A stretch of 64,000 nt of DNA from Octopus bimaculoides (Eukaryota). Location: positions 23,019,671 through 23,083,670 of the forward strand of contig NC_068999.1 in the NCBI RefSeq assembly GCF_001194135.2, given 5' to 3'. The translations under genes were made by a program, and so were the position numbers. The notes beneath the pieces were generated by a model. The model did not search any database. It saw only the letters and a program-made list of their open reading frames with translations, and was not told where the DNA came from. Positions 10,723 to 24,127 of the stretch are shown piece after piece. Position 1 is the first letter of the stretch. Every line of letters starts with the position of its first letter.

Positions 10723-12177
10723 ACTGTATGAATAAGAGCCCCCATGTAGATTATGATTATCCTGCCAGCTTACTGAATAGTGTTTAGTCAAATTCTGTAC
10801 TTAACAATGTTACCAGTTATGATATAGAGAGCATACGTAGTGGAAATTAAGATAAATGCCAGTAAATATTCAATTCACATATATATGTTTCCCCACTGCA
10901 TTTATTTAGAACACAGTGTTAGATGTTCCAGGTGTATTTAGATGCGTGTGTGTGTGTGTGTGTGTGTGAGTGTGTGTGTATTGCCATGTCTTGACATTAG
11001 AGTATAGTTACAAGCAAGTGTGCTCTTCATATATGTAACAGAGTCCCTCATTTCCAGTCTTCCATGAAAACATGTCCCTCCACAAAGAAATATTACCTTG
11101 CTTGGAAACAAGTGACAGGAAGGGTATCCAGCCATAGAAAATCTACCTCAACAAATTCAGTCTGATCCATGCAAGCGTGAAAAAGTGAAAGTGAAAACGA
11201 TGACAAGATTGATGGTGATGACGATGCGGATGGTGGTGGTGATGGTGGTGGTGGTGAGGATGATGATGAGGAGGAGGAGGAGGTGTAGAGGGAGGAGGGA
11301 GATCAAGGCTTGCAGTTTTAAGATTGGGGGCTTAAAGCATATGGTCCTTTTTTTTTTCAAGATGGTAGAGAATTTGTCGAGACAATTTCTAACACTGGGT
11401 TTATGAAATATTTCTGTGTGATATTATAATATTTTGAACCAAATAATGACCAACATATTTCAAAGTCACTGAGTTGAATAACAAAGATTATGAACCCTTT
11501 TAGTGGTATTCAATGACCAACAAATTTTAGTACTCAAACAAGTGCTAACCAATAAGCAATATGAAATAACATCTTTACATAGAACTAGAAAAACGACTAG
11601 GTTTAGTAACTCTGACTTGTAAAAGCAAATGATTAACACAGGCTTAACACTTTAACTAGTAATACTAACAAGTAATACTAACTAGTAATACTAACTAGAA
11701 CTGAGCCATCATACAATATTTTATGTTATGTAACATACTTGTTTAAGAATATAAAAAAAAATTTAGTCACTTAATATAACAATCAATCTTGTTAGATGTG
11801 GAGAATAGAACATTTTTCGGAAAAGAAGTAGCATAAAATAATAACTTATAATGAATAAAGCATTCAAATTTGATATAAAAGGCTGAGAAAATTTATGACA
11901 AAACATATTACAGCTTACAATGATTCATAACTTAAGGGTTTGATGTGTATAGTTTCTTTGAAACATTCACTGTCAAAAGATCTGAGCTTATTATAAAAAC
12001 TTTGCAGACATGACTGTGTGGTTAAGAAGCTTGCTTTCCAACCATATGGCCTTGAATTCAGTCCCACTGAGGAGCACTTTGTAGCACAGTCCCACTGTGT
12101 AGCAAGTATTTTCTACTTGCCCCAGGGCTGACCAAAGTTTTGTGAATGGATTTGGTAGACAGCAACTGAAAGAAACC

Positions 12178-12210
<33 letters not shown>

Positions 12211-12213
<3 letters not shown>

Positions 12214-12400
12214 GTATAAGAAGGGATGACCACTAAGTGGACATCCATTATGTTAAAAATAGATAAAGTCTTGCCCGTTTATGTTCTGGTGTGTGTTGAA
12301 TTTTTCTGGAGAACATTCTTTTTCTTTTGTGGTATGATCATAGATGGTCTATTTCTAGCATAATGGATGTCCACTTAGTGGTCATCCCTTCTTATACGTA
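12211..12400. mobile_element. MITE, 190 bp, about 42-bp TIRs, TA context (Tc1/mariner-type)
   Basis: tacgtataagaagggatgaccactaagtggacatccattatg ... cataatggatgtccacttagtggtcatcccttcttatacgta form a perfect inverted pair. Confidence 0.85.
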
Positions 12401-12504
12401 TGTAATACAATTTTTCTGAATTTTAAGATTTTTCTTTATATTAGACCACTGGTTTTAAATTGGTGTTAATTAAATTAATATCCAATTTATCACCCTTATT
12501 ATTT

Positions 12505-12537
<33 letters not shown>

Positions 12538-12541
<4 letters not shown>

Positions 12542-13140
12542 TAGCTGTTGGAACCGGCATTGCTCGTGGCTTCCATATTGAAGTTAAGTCCACCTCTGCC
12601 CATTGAAATTTTACATGTGATTACAGTTCATGTCCATTAGTTGATGCCAGCTCTGGAATTAAATTAAAACTGTTACTGTCTCCCCTACCACAAAATTTAC
12701 CTAAATCTCAAATTTCATTAAAATCGGATGAAAAATATAAAAGTTATGACCAAAAATAAAATCCCTATTGATTTTATCAAACCACTGCTCAAGTGCAATT
12801 ATCGATTTTTTGCCAATGCCAGATACTGACATCACCTCACTGCCATGAGCCTCACTCACTCATCGATTTTCATCAAAATCGGACAAAAAATGCAAAAGCT
12901 GCAGGAATAGTAACATCATTATGGGAATTTCCATTCAAATGCCCGATTGAGCTCACAAAAATCGATGCCAACTGAGCATTATCGAGTTTTCGAAAAATTC
13001 TGGCCTTATTTGAACTTCAGGGTATGGGATCTACCTATGCGCCAAAAATCATTAACATCATTTGGACAGTGTGGGAGGAGTTAGAGTAATCCCAAACGCA
13101 CACACAGACAGACACCATTACACACTTATGTATATAGATA
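12538..13140 (+). mobile_element. Non-autonomous Helitron/Helentron-like (HINE/DINE-1-like) element
   Basis: Starts (t)acactagctgttggaaccggcattgctcg after a TA tract and ends ...acacagacagac...ttatgtatatagat. This is the terminal architecture recalled for HINE/Lep1-type elements. Confidence 0.6.
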
Positions 13141-13199
13141 TATACATATATGTGCAGGCATGGCTTTGTAGGCGTAGGCATAGGCATGGCTTTATAGGC

Positions 13200-13610
13200 A
13201 CAGGTGTCACTTTATAAGAAGCTTGCTTCCAACCATATAGTTCTGGATTCAATCCCACTGCGTGGCACCTTGGGCAAGTGTTTTCTACTGTAACCTCAGG
13301 CCAACCAAAGCTTCATGAGTGGATTTGGAAGACAGAAACTGAAAGAAGCCTGTTGTATGTATATGTAGACATCTATGTGTATGTGTGTGTCTTTGTGTCT
13401 GTGTTTGTCCCCCATCACCATTTGACAACTGGTGTTGGTGTGTTTACGTTACTGTAACTTAGTGGTTCAGCAAAAGAGACTGATAGAATAAGTACAAGGC
13501 TTAAAAAATAAGTATTGGGGTCGATTTCTTCCACTAAAACCCCACAGGGCAGTGCTCCAGCATGGCCACAATCAAATGACTGAAACAAGTAAAAGAATAA
13601 AAGAATATAC
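13200..13610 (+). mobile_element. Composite tRNA-derived SINE
   Basis: Same family as 4620-5025. Confidence 0.8.
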
Positions 13611-14224
13611 ATGTATATGTGTCTGTGTGTGTGTGTGGATGTATGTGAAGGTGTGTGTCCATGTGTGTGTGTCTTCGTGCTTATGTTTGTCTGCCACCAC
13701 TGCTTAACAACCAGTGTTGGTTTGTTTACATCCCTGTAACTTGGCAGTATGGCAAAAAAAAACTGATGGAATAAGTACGAAGTTTTGAAAAGTTAGTACT
13801 GGGTTCAATCTGTTCAACTAAACCCTCAAAGTGGTGCACCAGCATGACTGAAGCTAGTAAAACAAAAAACAAAAAATATAAAATAAGTTAGTTTTCAAGA
13901 GGGAGAGAAGATACTTGATGTTTCAGGTAGGACCACTTCATCGTACTAATTATTTACCAATGTTAGTTTCAACACTAGCTTCAATGGATTCTACTGTTTT
14001 CCTAAGTTTATTACAGAATTATATATACATGGATTTAAATAATTCTATTGTTATGTTACTGGTTTTTCAAATACAGTACCCGACAATGACTCACACGGCT
14101 TCTGATTTTAACTGATTGGAAGTGTTATTATGTACATGATTTTGTCTTGGTGTAAAAGATGGGCTATAGCAAATATTGTGCTAAGCATTTTGCCCTAGCA
14201 TGCTAACGATTCTGCCAGCTTGCC

Positions 14225-14228
14225 ACCC

Positions 14229-14269
<41 letters not shown>

Positions 14270-14305
14270 TAATAATAATAATAATAACAATAACGATGAT
14301 GATGG

Positions 14306-14342
<37 letters not shown>

Positions 14343-14480
14343 AGTAATGCCTGAAAGTAAATTAAGTACCATAAAGCACAAAAATTAAGAACGTGATATA
14401 TTGTCATCATTGTCGCAGTTGTCATCATCGTCATCGTTGTTGTCATCATCATCAACATCATCATCATTGTCATCATCATC
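14225..14480. repeat. (TAA)n/(GAT)n and (CAT)n trinucleotide tracts
   Basis: Directly visible. Confidence 0.9.
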
Positions 14481-14541
14481 ATTATCAATAAAACATGAAA
14501 AAGTTTTTTTAAAGTTTTCATTCACGTGAGATGGAGGTAAT

Positions 14542-15342
14542 CCCCATACACACATCCCTCTGCCCCTGCCATTGTTCGTATTGTTGTCTTATGTACCCAA
14601 AGGCAATTACTAACACTTTTTTAAGTTGATTAACATAAGATAAACACCCATGTGTTCAGAGCAAGACTTACACTGGTTTGCTAATCAGCGAACAGTTTTG
14701 TCTGATGAAACTATAAACAAAGCCAATGGCTTGAACAGGCTCAAAGAGCAGGTGATTCTTGCTGATGAAGCACATCATGTCAAAACACCTTTGTCCTAGA
14801 ATTCCTTGTGCCAATGAGCTGAGTGCGTTATGAACACACTGTCATCATAAAAGGAAGCTGTTCTTCTGTGATATACACAACTGTGACAAGCATATTTTTG
14901 TTTGAATCTGCTAGAACATATTGGTTTCAAACTTTGGCACAAAACCAGCAAGTTCAGAGCAAAAAGTAAGTTGATAATCAACCCCAGTGCTCAGCTGGTA
15001 CTTATTTTATCGACCCGAAAATGATGAAAGGTAAAGTCAACCTTAACAAACTCTGAACGCAGATTGTAATGAAGGATGAATCTTGCCTGGCATGCTAATG
15101 ATTCTGCCAGCTCACTGCCATGGCTAGCTCATCAGTTTCTGTCTACCAAATTCACTCACAAGGCTTTGGTTATAGTTTCATCAGACAAAACTGTTTGCTG
15201 ATTAACAAACTAGTGTAAGTCTTGCTCTGAACACATGGGTGTTTATCTTATATTAATCAACTTAAAAAAGTGTTAGCAATTGCCTTTGGATACATAAGAC
15301 AATAATATGAACAAAGGCAGGTGCAAAGGGATGTGTGTAGGG
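14542..15342. repeat. About 180-bp inverted repeat pair flanking a spacer of about 440 bp
   Basis: 14542-14724 is the diverged reverse complement of 15162-15342, e.g. aagataaacacccatgtgttcagagcaagacttacact / agtgtaagtcttgctctgaacacatgggtgtttatctt. Confidence 0.85.
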
Positions 15343-15403
15343 CAATTAAACCAACCTAGCTACAGTGCTTACCTCTATCTCACGTTTTATTGATTTTTAT
15401 TCG

Positions 15404-15457
<54 letters not shown>

Positions 15458-16254
15458 CAATATATATATGTGTGTGTGTCTTTGTTTCTGTGTTTAACAA
15501 CCGATGTCGGTGTGTTTACATCCCTGTAACTTAGTGGTTTGGCAAAAAAGACTGATAAAATAAGTACTAGGTTTACAAACAATAATTCCTGTGGTTAATT
15601 TCTGCACCTAAAAACTGTTTTAGGTGGTGCTCCAGTGTGGCCGCAGTCATATGACTGAAACAAGTAACAGAATGATAAAATAACCTGTCCTTTGCATGAT
15701 TACTAATTCCAAATCCAACCTCACTTCCATTACTTCTACTTCAGTGAAATAGCCATAGCACCACAGATATGTGATTTTTATCTATTAGTTGTTGATTTGA
15801 TTTTTGAAGGACAATGAATCTTAGTTCTTCCTTCTTTTCCAAAAATTCTAAGCAATGGTATTCAGGAAAATGGGGGCTTGCTTCTCTTGTTGTTGCTTCA
15901 AATGGTCCTTGCTACTGCAACTGATCTCTGCTGCTTCAACAAGTGCCCACTGTTTCAACTGGTCTCCACAGCTTTCCTTTCTGGTATTATTTCCTAGTTT
16001 TCCTAGCTCTTGTGGACAAGAAAGCTGGAAGTGGCCTTTCCAAAATGTATAGCGATTAGGCTTTTTGCCCAGTACTGTCAACCTCATGCCATTTGTCTCA
16101 GCTCCCTCAAATAGGCACAGTTCCAGGAGAGTGTCATTGGAACTTGCAAACTTATTCTAATGCCCCTGTCCTTACAGCGATACAAAAATAATGACCAGAC
16201 ATAGATTTCTATTGTTTCTTGCTGTCTAACCTTGCATTTCTTTGCTTCATTCAC

Positions 16255-17290
16255 TAGAGCACAAGTACACAGGCAGAGGTTATCGTTGTCATCATCATCT
16301 CATCTTTTAACATCTGTTCTCCATGCTGTTTATGGGTTGGACGCTTTGACAGAAGATGGCCAGCTGAAGAGCTACCTAGTTTCCATTTGTCTGTTTACGC
16401 ATGGTTTCTATAGCTGCATGCCTTCCTAATGCCAACCACTTTACAGAGAGTACTGGGTGATTTTATGGGTACTGGCACAGGCACTTTTATGTGACCCAAG
16501 CATGGGTGCTTTTATGTGGCACTGGCACGGATGCATTTACATCCACAAGCCTGCAAGACCAGGATCTCTTAGTTGAGAGAGAGATGTAGAAGACATGCCT
16601 ATATGCATAAACAACCACAATTTTACTTAGCTTGGCATATCTTCTCAAACACAGCAAACAGCCAAAAGTCTCGGTCCCTTATCATCTCTGTAAGGCTCGA
16701 TGTCTGAGGATCCTTTCTCACAGCTTCATCACATCAACTGACCATTCCAGCACAGTCTTTTCTTTCAAACACTTCATCTAATGCCTCATATACCCAATGT
16801 TTCTCTCAAATCACTTACAATCTGACATACACACTCACTGATATTACCCATCCAGCAGAGCATGCTGACTGCATTTCTTTCAAACCTTCACATATCCTCA
16901 GTAGTCATAGTCCATGTCTCACTGCCATATAGCACAGCTGTTCATACACAGGCATCATATAATCTGCTTTTCACACTGAAGGAGAGGTCCTTTGTTACCA
17001 GCAAACATAGCAGTTCTCTGAACTCTGCCCAACTTGTTCTTATTCTAGCAACTATGCTTTCAGAACTAACTTGGTCACCTAAGTAACAAAACTGTCTACC
17101 ACTTCTAAGGATGCTTCAGGACATTTGAGGGAATCTATTTTTTGTACATTCCTGGTGTTTAATGTACCTGCACATCTGCCATATATAAAGACTACTTTCT
17201 CTTTTAACCTTCCTGTGATACTGCTGCACCTCTTATGTGTCCATAGCCTACAATGGGTACACCACAGAGATATATCTAACAATATTAGCC
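16255..17290 (-). mobile_element. Degenerate RTE LINE: RT C-terminus, thumb and 3' tail
   Basis: Minus-strand fragments ...YLGDQVSSESIVARIRTSW...RLYDACV.TAVLYGSETW..., followed by the RTE tail ending in (ATG)n. Confidence 0.85.
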
Positions 17291-18806
17291 CATATTTTAG
17301 CAGAGTTTTAAGTTTTAAAAGTGCAGCTGACTACTATTACATTTTACCCTTTCAATTGAGAAATTTTTTCCTAACCTTCCCTAGAGGGCTTGTTTAAATT
17401 GCTGCTTGTTTACAGTATCAGCTAAAATAATGTTCTTGAGAGTTAATGTGTCAAGTATGCATGAATTAAAAACAATATCAGGTTTTAATCTTCTGGGTTA
17501 ATTAGGTGATGTTTATAATAAAGGCTTAATTAAAATTCTTGAGAATGTTTTATAGAAATGACAATATTTATGGGAAGATATTATCTGTAGCATTCTGTCC
17601 TGAGAAATAATTATTTGACAAGTTTTTAGGGTAGAGCCTGAAAGGGAACAGGAAACTGCATCAAATTTGAACATCTGAGTTCAAATGTTGCTGAGATTGA
17701 TTTTGCCCTTCATCATTTCAGTGTCTATAAGATAAAGCACCAGTCGAGTACTAGAGTTGATGTACTTGCTGAGGCCCCTCCTGCTGAAATTGAAAATTAC
17801 TGGTCTAACAGCAAAATATGAAACTGTTATTATTTAGCCACAGTTCATATTTTGTCCAGCAGACTTCTGATTAAAGCTTTTCCAGTTGTGGCCATCCCAC
17901 CTTTTATTCAGACAAAATGCATCTAGGCCTACATTATTCAATGTATCCTTCCGCTATTAATGATTTGAGTGAGATTTAGCTGCTACTGCTAGCAGACAGA
18001 TCAACTAAATGGGAGCTCCCTCATTAGCTCATATTTATTGCTGTTTGTAATAATGGTCTCAAATTTTGGCACAAGGCCAGCAAGCTTTTAGGGGTGGTGG
18101 GTTAGTGAATTACTTCAACTCCAGTGCTCAACTGGTACTTAATTTATTGATCCTAGAAGGATAGAAGGTAAAGTCAACTTGAGTGAAATTTGAACCCAGA
18201 ATGAGAAAAGCAGGAGGAAGTACTTTGATGGGGGATTGGTAACTGTAATAGATTAAGAGTGTTGTTTGATAATACCAACATTTCTTGAATATAGACCAAT
18301 ACTAACAATGTATGTGGCACAGATACACCTTGTTTATTTCAATAGAAAACTTGTAACAAATATTCCCATATCATGAAATTCCTTCTTAGTTGAATTAACA
18401 GTCTATAGCTCTCTTAAATTTCTAAAAGGGAAAGACCTGTTTTACATTGAGGCTGTATAGATTGCTGGGTTTCACTACCATTCTACAATTAATAATCATT
18501 TCACACAGTCTATTCATTACTGAGAGTGGGGTGAGAAGTAACTTTTGTTGTTAACAAAGTTTACAAAAGTGTAGATGCATTGGTGATTTGGGACTTTATA
18601 AAATGTAAAGAACAAATAAGGAAATATAAAGAATACTTTAAAATAAATAAAATGATGCTAACATGCTATCTTAAAAATAGTGTTTTTATTTTGTCTTGTT
18701 TTTTGTAGTGACCTGGGTATTTGTAGATAGTGATTATTAAGTGCATATTTTCGCATAAATGTAAGGAGGTAAAGAGTAAAATACATGAAACTGAGAAGGT
18801 AAATTA

Positions 18807-19204
18807 CAGAGGGAAGGTTGAGAGTAAGTAATGTAAAGAATTCTTTGCTGGCTTGAAACATAGTTGTTGTTTAACCCCAGCTCAACACTGAGCAGAACTA
18901 TTATCAAAACTTTCAAATCAACAGCCATCTGATTTTCTGACTATCAGATCAGACTTGTTACCAGACTTTGATGCCTGAGGGTGCTTCAGAATATCCTGGG
19001 TACAGAGGGAAGGTTGAGAATAAGTCATGTAAAGAATCCTTTTTTGGCTTCAAACATGGATGTTGTTTAGCCCCAGTTCAACACTGACTGAGCAGAACCA
19101 TTATCAAAACTTTCAAGTCAATGACTGTCTGTCTTTTCTGATAACCAGATCAGGCCCATCGGCAGACTTTGGTGCCTGACGGTGCTTCAGAATATTCTGG
19201 GTAG
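18807..19204 (+). repeat. About 197-bp direct tandem duplication
   Basis: Two diverged units, each starting acagagggaaggttgaga and ending ggtgcttcagaata..ctgggta. Confidence 0.85.
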
Positions 19205-20449
19205 GCACTAATTTGTAATAATGCTAAAGTGAAGTTTCAAAATAAGAATATAACTGTAAACCTGAAGGTACACCATTGAATAGAGGGGGTGGGGGCAGTA
19301 CCATCCAGAACACCCCCTTAGCAACAGGCATGTATTAAATATTATATTCTCTGATGTATTTTTTTTAATCTCTTTCCAGCTCTGACCCAATTACTTCTAC
19401 TAACTCTTCGATAATGTGAGTAGCCAGAGCCTCTTCTCCTCCTGGCTCCTTCTCTTGTACTTTAACCACTCATCTCCTAGCATAGAGCCACTTTCGGCTT
19501 CACTGTTGCCCCAGTTAAAGGGGAACTTAATCTTGCAAGCTGCCGGGTGACTTCACAAGTGATAGTGCCATGAAAAAAAAGCACCCAATACACTCTGTAA
19601 AGTGGTGAATGCTATGAAGATCATATACCCATAGAAAACATGCCAAAGCAGATACTGGAACATGACCAGTTGGATCCTAACAGACCATCCAACCTATGCC
19701 AGCATGGAACATGGATATTAAAAGCTGATGAGGATGGATGATAGAGCTTTGACTGGACTTTGACTGCTATTTCTAACAAATTAAGTAACTGCATAGAGGC
19801 TTCTATAGTTGTTATTACTTAACTTCAGGTTAGTCCTGATTGAGCAGATGCATCACAAAAGGTGTTGCAGCTACAACCACCCTGCCTACTTGTATATCAT
19901 TGGCTTCTTGTCCAAGACATCTTTTTTTTTCAATGATTTGATAGAGATTTAGCTGCAACTTAGCATTATGCTTGTTCAGAATTATCTCTTTGAGTTAATA
20001 TGTATGGTGCTTTGGCTAACAGTGAAGTAAATCATCAACTGACTCTTAATAAGCAAATAAATACTCATATATTGAGTACTCTTTTGAGTTTGTAAACAAA
20101 AATGTGTGTACATGTGTATATCATCATCATCAGCAGCATTGTCATCATCATCAGTATTGTACTAAGATGATAAAAATTATAAATAGAATAGTCATTTACC
20201 CCTTTAAGAAAAAAAAATGAAATTGAAAATGCCGTCACTTCAAAGAGCCGCCATTGTTACCGCCGGCTGTCCTTTATCCTTGCTTTCTTTTTCTTCCCTT
20301 GGTCATTGATATAACTTTCGAAGTCCCTATATTTTTTGATTCACAGGTACTTTTTTTTTTTAAAGGGGAAATTTACTATTTTATTTAAAATAAAATATTA
20401 ATCTTTATCATCTTAATCAAAAGGCAGGAAAACGAAGAAACTATCTCAT

Positions 20450-21290
20450 TGTAGACGAAGATCAGTTGCAATGGGAGGAGTTGAATCTCAAAGGAATGGA
20501 AAACCAATCAGCAACAAATGGGTTGTACCTTATAACTCTGCAACTGGTATGTTACGGCATACTGGTGTGCCACAAGACAATGCTAGATGTACCGCAGTGT
20601 AATCTGAATATCATTTTTTCCTATACTTTTTAGCTATATTTTTAGTTCAGGTGTGCCACTGAATTTTGAAAAGAATATCAATGTACCGCAAATGAAAACA
20701 AGTTGTGGATCACTGCCTTATAATGAAACTCTTCTAAGAGCATTCAAATGCCACTACAACGTTGAAATTGTTGTGAGGTCAATTAAATACGTCATCAAGA
20801 ACATGCTGAAAGGAAATGACCAAGCTGCTGTTCAAATAAACAATGTTAATGGAATTAGTCAATACTTAATGGGTAAGTATATTGGACCATCCAAAGCAGT
20901 TGCATCCATTTTAGGATTTTCAATTCATGAAAGAGCACCTGCAATAGTGAGCCTGCAAGTTCACCTACCAGATGAACAAAGAATATGGCTCAGAAATAAT
21001 GAAGATGTATATGGCAATCAATGAACAACATATGAGAACAACATTGTCAGAATTCTTTCCATTGTGCATCAATGATGACTTTGCAAAAGCATTACATTAT
21101 GTTGAAGTACTCATGTATTTCACTTGGAACAGTTGTAACAAAGAATGGCAAAGAAGAAAGCAAGGAAAAGTAGAAGGCCGAAGGCCATTTGAATGTTTTC
21201 AAAGAAGAAACACTTGGTCATGTTTACGTTGTCACACTAAAGGCAGGAGAACTCTATTATTTAAGAATTTTATTGCATGAAGTTTGAAAT
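20450..21290 (+). pseudogene. Helitron RepHel fragment (HUH Rep motif 3 region and downstream)
   Basis: NKWVVPYN, LPYNETLLRAFKCHYNVEI..SIKYVIK..LKGND, QYLMGKYIGPSKAVASILGFSIHERAPAIVSLQVHLPDEQRI, TTLSEFFPLC..DDFAKALHYVEV.MYFTWN..NKEWQRRKQG, then GHVY.....GELYYLRILLH. The frame is disrupted. Confidence 0.85.
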
Positions 21291-21368
21291 AGTATTTTTG
21301 CCTTTGCTACTATGCATTGACATTTTCAACTTGGAGTGGTTGTGACCCAATGGGTTATGGGTACATCT

Positions 21369-21409
<41 letters not shown>

Positions 21410-21413
<4 letters not shown>

Positions 21414-21680
21414 TCATCATCATCATCAACATTTTTAACGTCCGCTTTCCATGCTAGCATGGGTTGGACGATTTGACTGAGGACTGGTGAAACCAGATGG
21501 CTACACCAGGCTCCAATCTGATTTAGCAGAGTTTCTACAGCTGGATGCCCTTCCTAACACCAACCACTCAGAGAGTGCAGTGGGTGCTTTTACGTGCCAC
21601 CAGCACGAAGGCCAGTCAGGTGGTACTGGCAACAGCCACGCTCAAAATGGTGTATTTTATGTGCCACCCGTGCAATACAC
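21410..21680 (-). mobile_element. RTE-type 3' tail
   Basis: Same family as 1-221. Confidence 0.85.
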
Positions 21681-21682
21681 AC

Positions 21683-21716
<34 letters not shown>

Positions 21717-22896
21717 TTGCATGTGGGTAAAAACATTAATGATGACACACATAGTGTATTTTGTTTATATGCCCATTAGCTGTAGGGTAAGGTCCTGGGA
21801 AATGTCCCTTTATGACGCCAACTATTAAATAGCACTGAATGTTTCAGACCAAGTGCGATAATTCACTCCAAAGATAAACACGGATGGTTGCTATCAATAT
21901 TTTGCTCTTGTTTTAGCTCATCAGCACTCGACTCACCTCAAAACAAATCATCGGTCAGAGAGAGAGATAAGCAAATCATGTAATGTCTATTGCTGATGTG
22001 TTGTGCATAACACATGGGAGACAAAATAAAAAAGCTTTAATAAAATAAAACATTATCGATGACACATTCATAGTGTATGTTTTGTTTATACACCCATTAG
22101 CTGCAGAGTAGCATCCTGGGAAACATCCCTTTGCAACATCAGGTGTTAAAGATCACTCTGTGTATATACATATACATACATACATATAGATAAGCATACA
22201 CACACATACATAAATATCACAGAACAATACATNNNNNNNNNNNNNNNNNNNNNNNNNNNNNNNNNNNNNNNNNNNNNNNNNNNNNNNNNNNNNNNNNNNN
22301 NNNNNNNNNNNNNNNNNNNNNNNNNNNNNNNNNNNNNNNNNNNNNNNNNNNNNNNNNNNNNNNNNNNNNNNNNNNNNNNNNNNNNNNNNNNNNNNNNNNN
22401 NNNNNNNNNNNNNNNNNNNNNNNNNNNNNNNNNNNNNNNNNNNNNNNNNNNNNNNNNNNNNNNNNNNNNNNNNNNNNNNNNNNNNNNNNNNNNNNNNNNN
22501 NNNNNNNNNNNNNNNNNNNNNNNNNNNNNNNNNNNNNNNNNNNNNNNNNNNNNNNNNNNNNNNNNNNNNNNNNNNNNNNNNNNNNNNNNNNNNNNNNNNN
22601 NNNNNNNNNNNNNNNNNNNNNNNNNNNNNNNNNNNNNNNNNNNNNNNNNNNNNNNNNNNNNNNNNNNNNNNNNNNNNNNNNNNNNNNNNNNNNNNNNNNN
22701 NNNNNNNNNNNNNNNNNNNNNNNNNNNNNNNNNNNNNNNNNNNNNNNNNNNNNNNNNNNNNNNNNNNNNNNNNNNNNNNNNNNNNNNNNNNNNNNNNNNN
22801 NNNNNNNNNNNNNNNNNNNNNNNNNNNNNNNNNNNNNNNNNNNNNNNNNNNNNNNNNNNNNNNNNNNNNNNNNNNNNNNNNNNNNNNNNNNNNNNN

Positions 22897-23026
22897 TTTC
22901 TGGATTATGAGTGATAAATACTCAATTTCCTTCATCAATACGATATTCCAGTAGTAAATTCGAATTTACTACTGGAATATCGTATTGATGAAGGAAATTG
23001 AGTATTTATCACTCATAATCCAGAAA
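22897..23026. repeat. Perfect 130-bp palindrome next to an assembly gap
   Basis: 65-bp arms centred on aaattc|gaattt (22961/22962), with no spacer and no mismatch. Confidence 0.9.
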
Positions 23027-23363
23027 CGCGTCTACGATTAACTTCGGAATGGTTAGTTTTCATTGTTTTTTTCTTCTTGTTTTTGCCTTTGTGAGTTACA
23101 AGTAATGCTATCTGTTGGAGTCTCAGCTTTTTTAGCTGCTATTTCTGAACTTCGGTATATGGTGAAGCAAATATTTGCTGATCCCTTAATTATGTTTATA
23201 TATGTATATATAGATAGAACAATCAGATGACTCTTCTTTAGCATATAACAAATATATACCTCATTAATTTTTGAGATTGTTTCATTCTACAATATCTGAA
23301 CAATAGCACCATTAGTTACAAGTCCCAGGTGAGACTTGGTAGACGGAAAGTGGAAAGATTCTG

Positions 23364-23405
<42 letters not shown>

Positions 23406-23436
23406 ATGCATGCATGTGTGTGTGTATGTATTGGTC

Positions 23437-23498
<62 letters not shown>

Positions 23499-23499
23499 A

Positions 23500-23820
23500 T
23501 GTTGCACGTAAAAAGCATTATTTGAGTGTGATTAATGCCAGTGCTGCTGGACTGGCTCCCATGCCAGTGGCACGTAAAAAGCACCACTCAAGCATGGTCG
23601 ATGCCAGTGCCATCTGACTGGCCCCTGTGCCGGTGGCACATAAAAAGCACCCACTACAGTCTTGGAGTGGTTGGCATTAGGAAGGCATCCAGCTGTAGAA
23701 ACCCTGCCAGATCAGATTGGAGCCTGGTGCAGCCTCCTGGCTTGCCAGTGATCAGTCAAACCATCCAACCCATGCCAGCATGAAAAGTGGACGTTAAATG
23801 ATGATGATGCTGATGATGAT
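23500..23820 (+). mobile_element. RTE-type 3' tail with internal (cagtggcacgtaaaaagcacc) repeats
   Basis: Same tail motif, ending in (ATG)n. Confidence 0.8.
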
Positions 23821-24127
23821 ATGTGTGTGTGTGTGTGTGACCGGCTCCTTGCCTTGACATTGCATGATAGTTATAAGCCAGTGCCAGCATCATGCAAGCA
23901 GTGTCTGTTGTTTCTAATCTTCCAAGACATGTCTGGTCATGGAAAAGCATTACCTTACTTGGAAATAAGTGAGGCTTGGTGTGATAGCAGAGGAATCCAG
24001 TCACAGAAAATCTGCCTCAGTAAATTCTGTCCAACCCATGCATGCATGGAAAAATGGAAATTAAATGGAGATATATACATAAATATATATATAAACTTTC
24101 CTATATATATATATATACATGTATATA

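Noticed and set aside
13915-14115. 66-aa ORF as a possible additional exon
   Set aside because: It has no recognisable motif or convincing splice context, and it is on the opposite strand to the gene.
14700-14775. CTGATGA matches here and at 38412, 40114, 42693 and 46607
   Set aside because: No downstream GAAAC with pairing stems. Two of the matches fall within RT coding remnants.
21830-21930. Possible minus-strand hammerhead (CTGATGA-GCT aaaacaag AGC-AAAA)
   Set aside because: G12 of GAAA is missing, and stems I and III cannot be paired. At most it is a decayed remnant.
22897-23026. Perfect 130-bp palindrome as a biological cruciform
   Set aside because: It has no mismatch and no spacer and starts exactly at a gap edge, which is typical of an assembly or chimeric-read artefact. 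Long reads are needed to decide.
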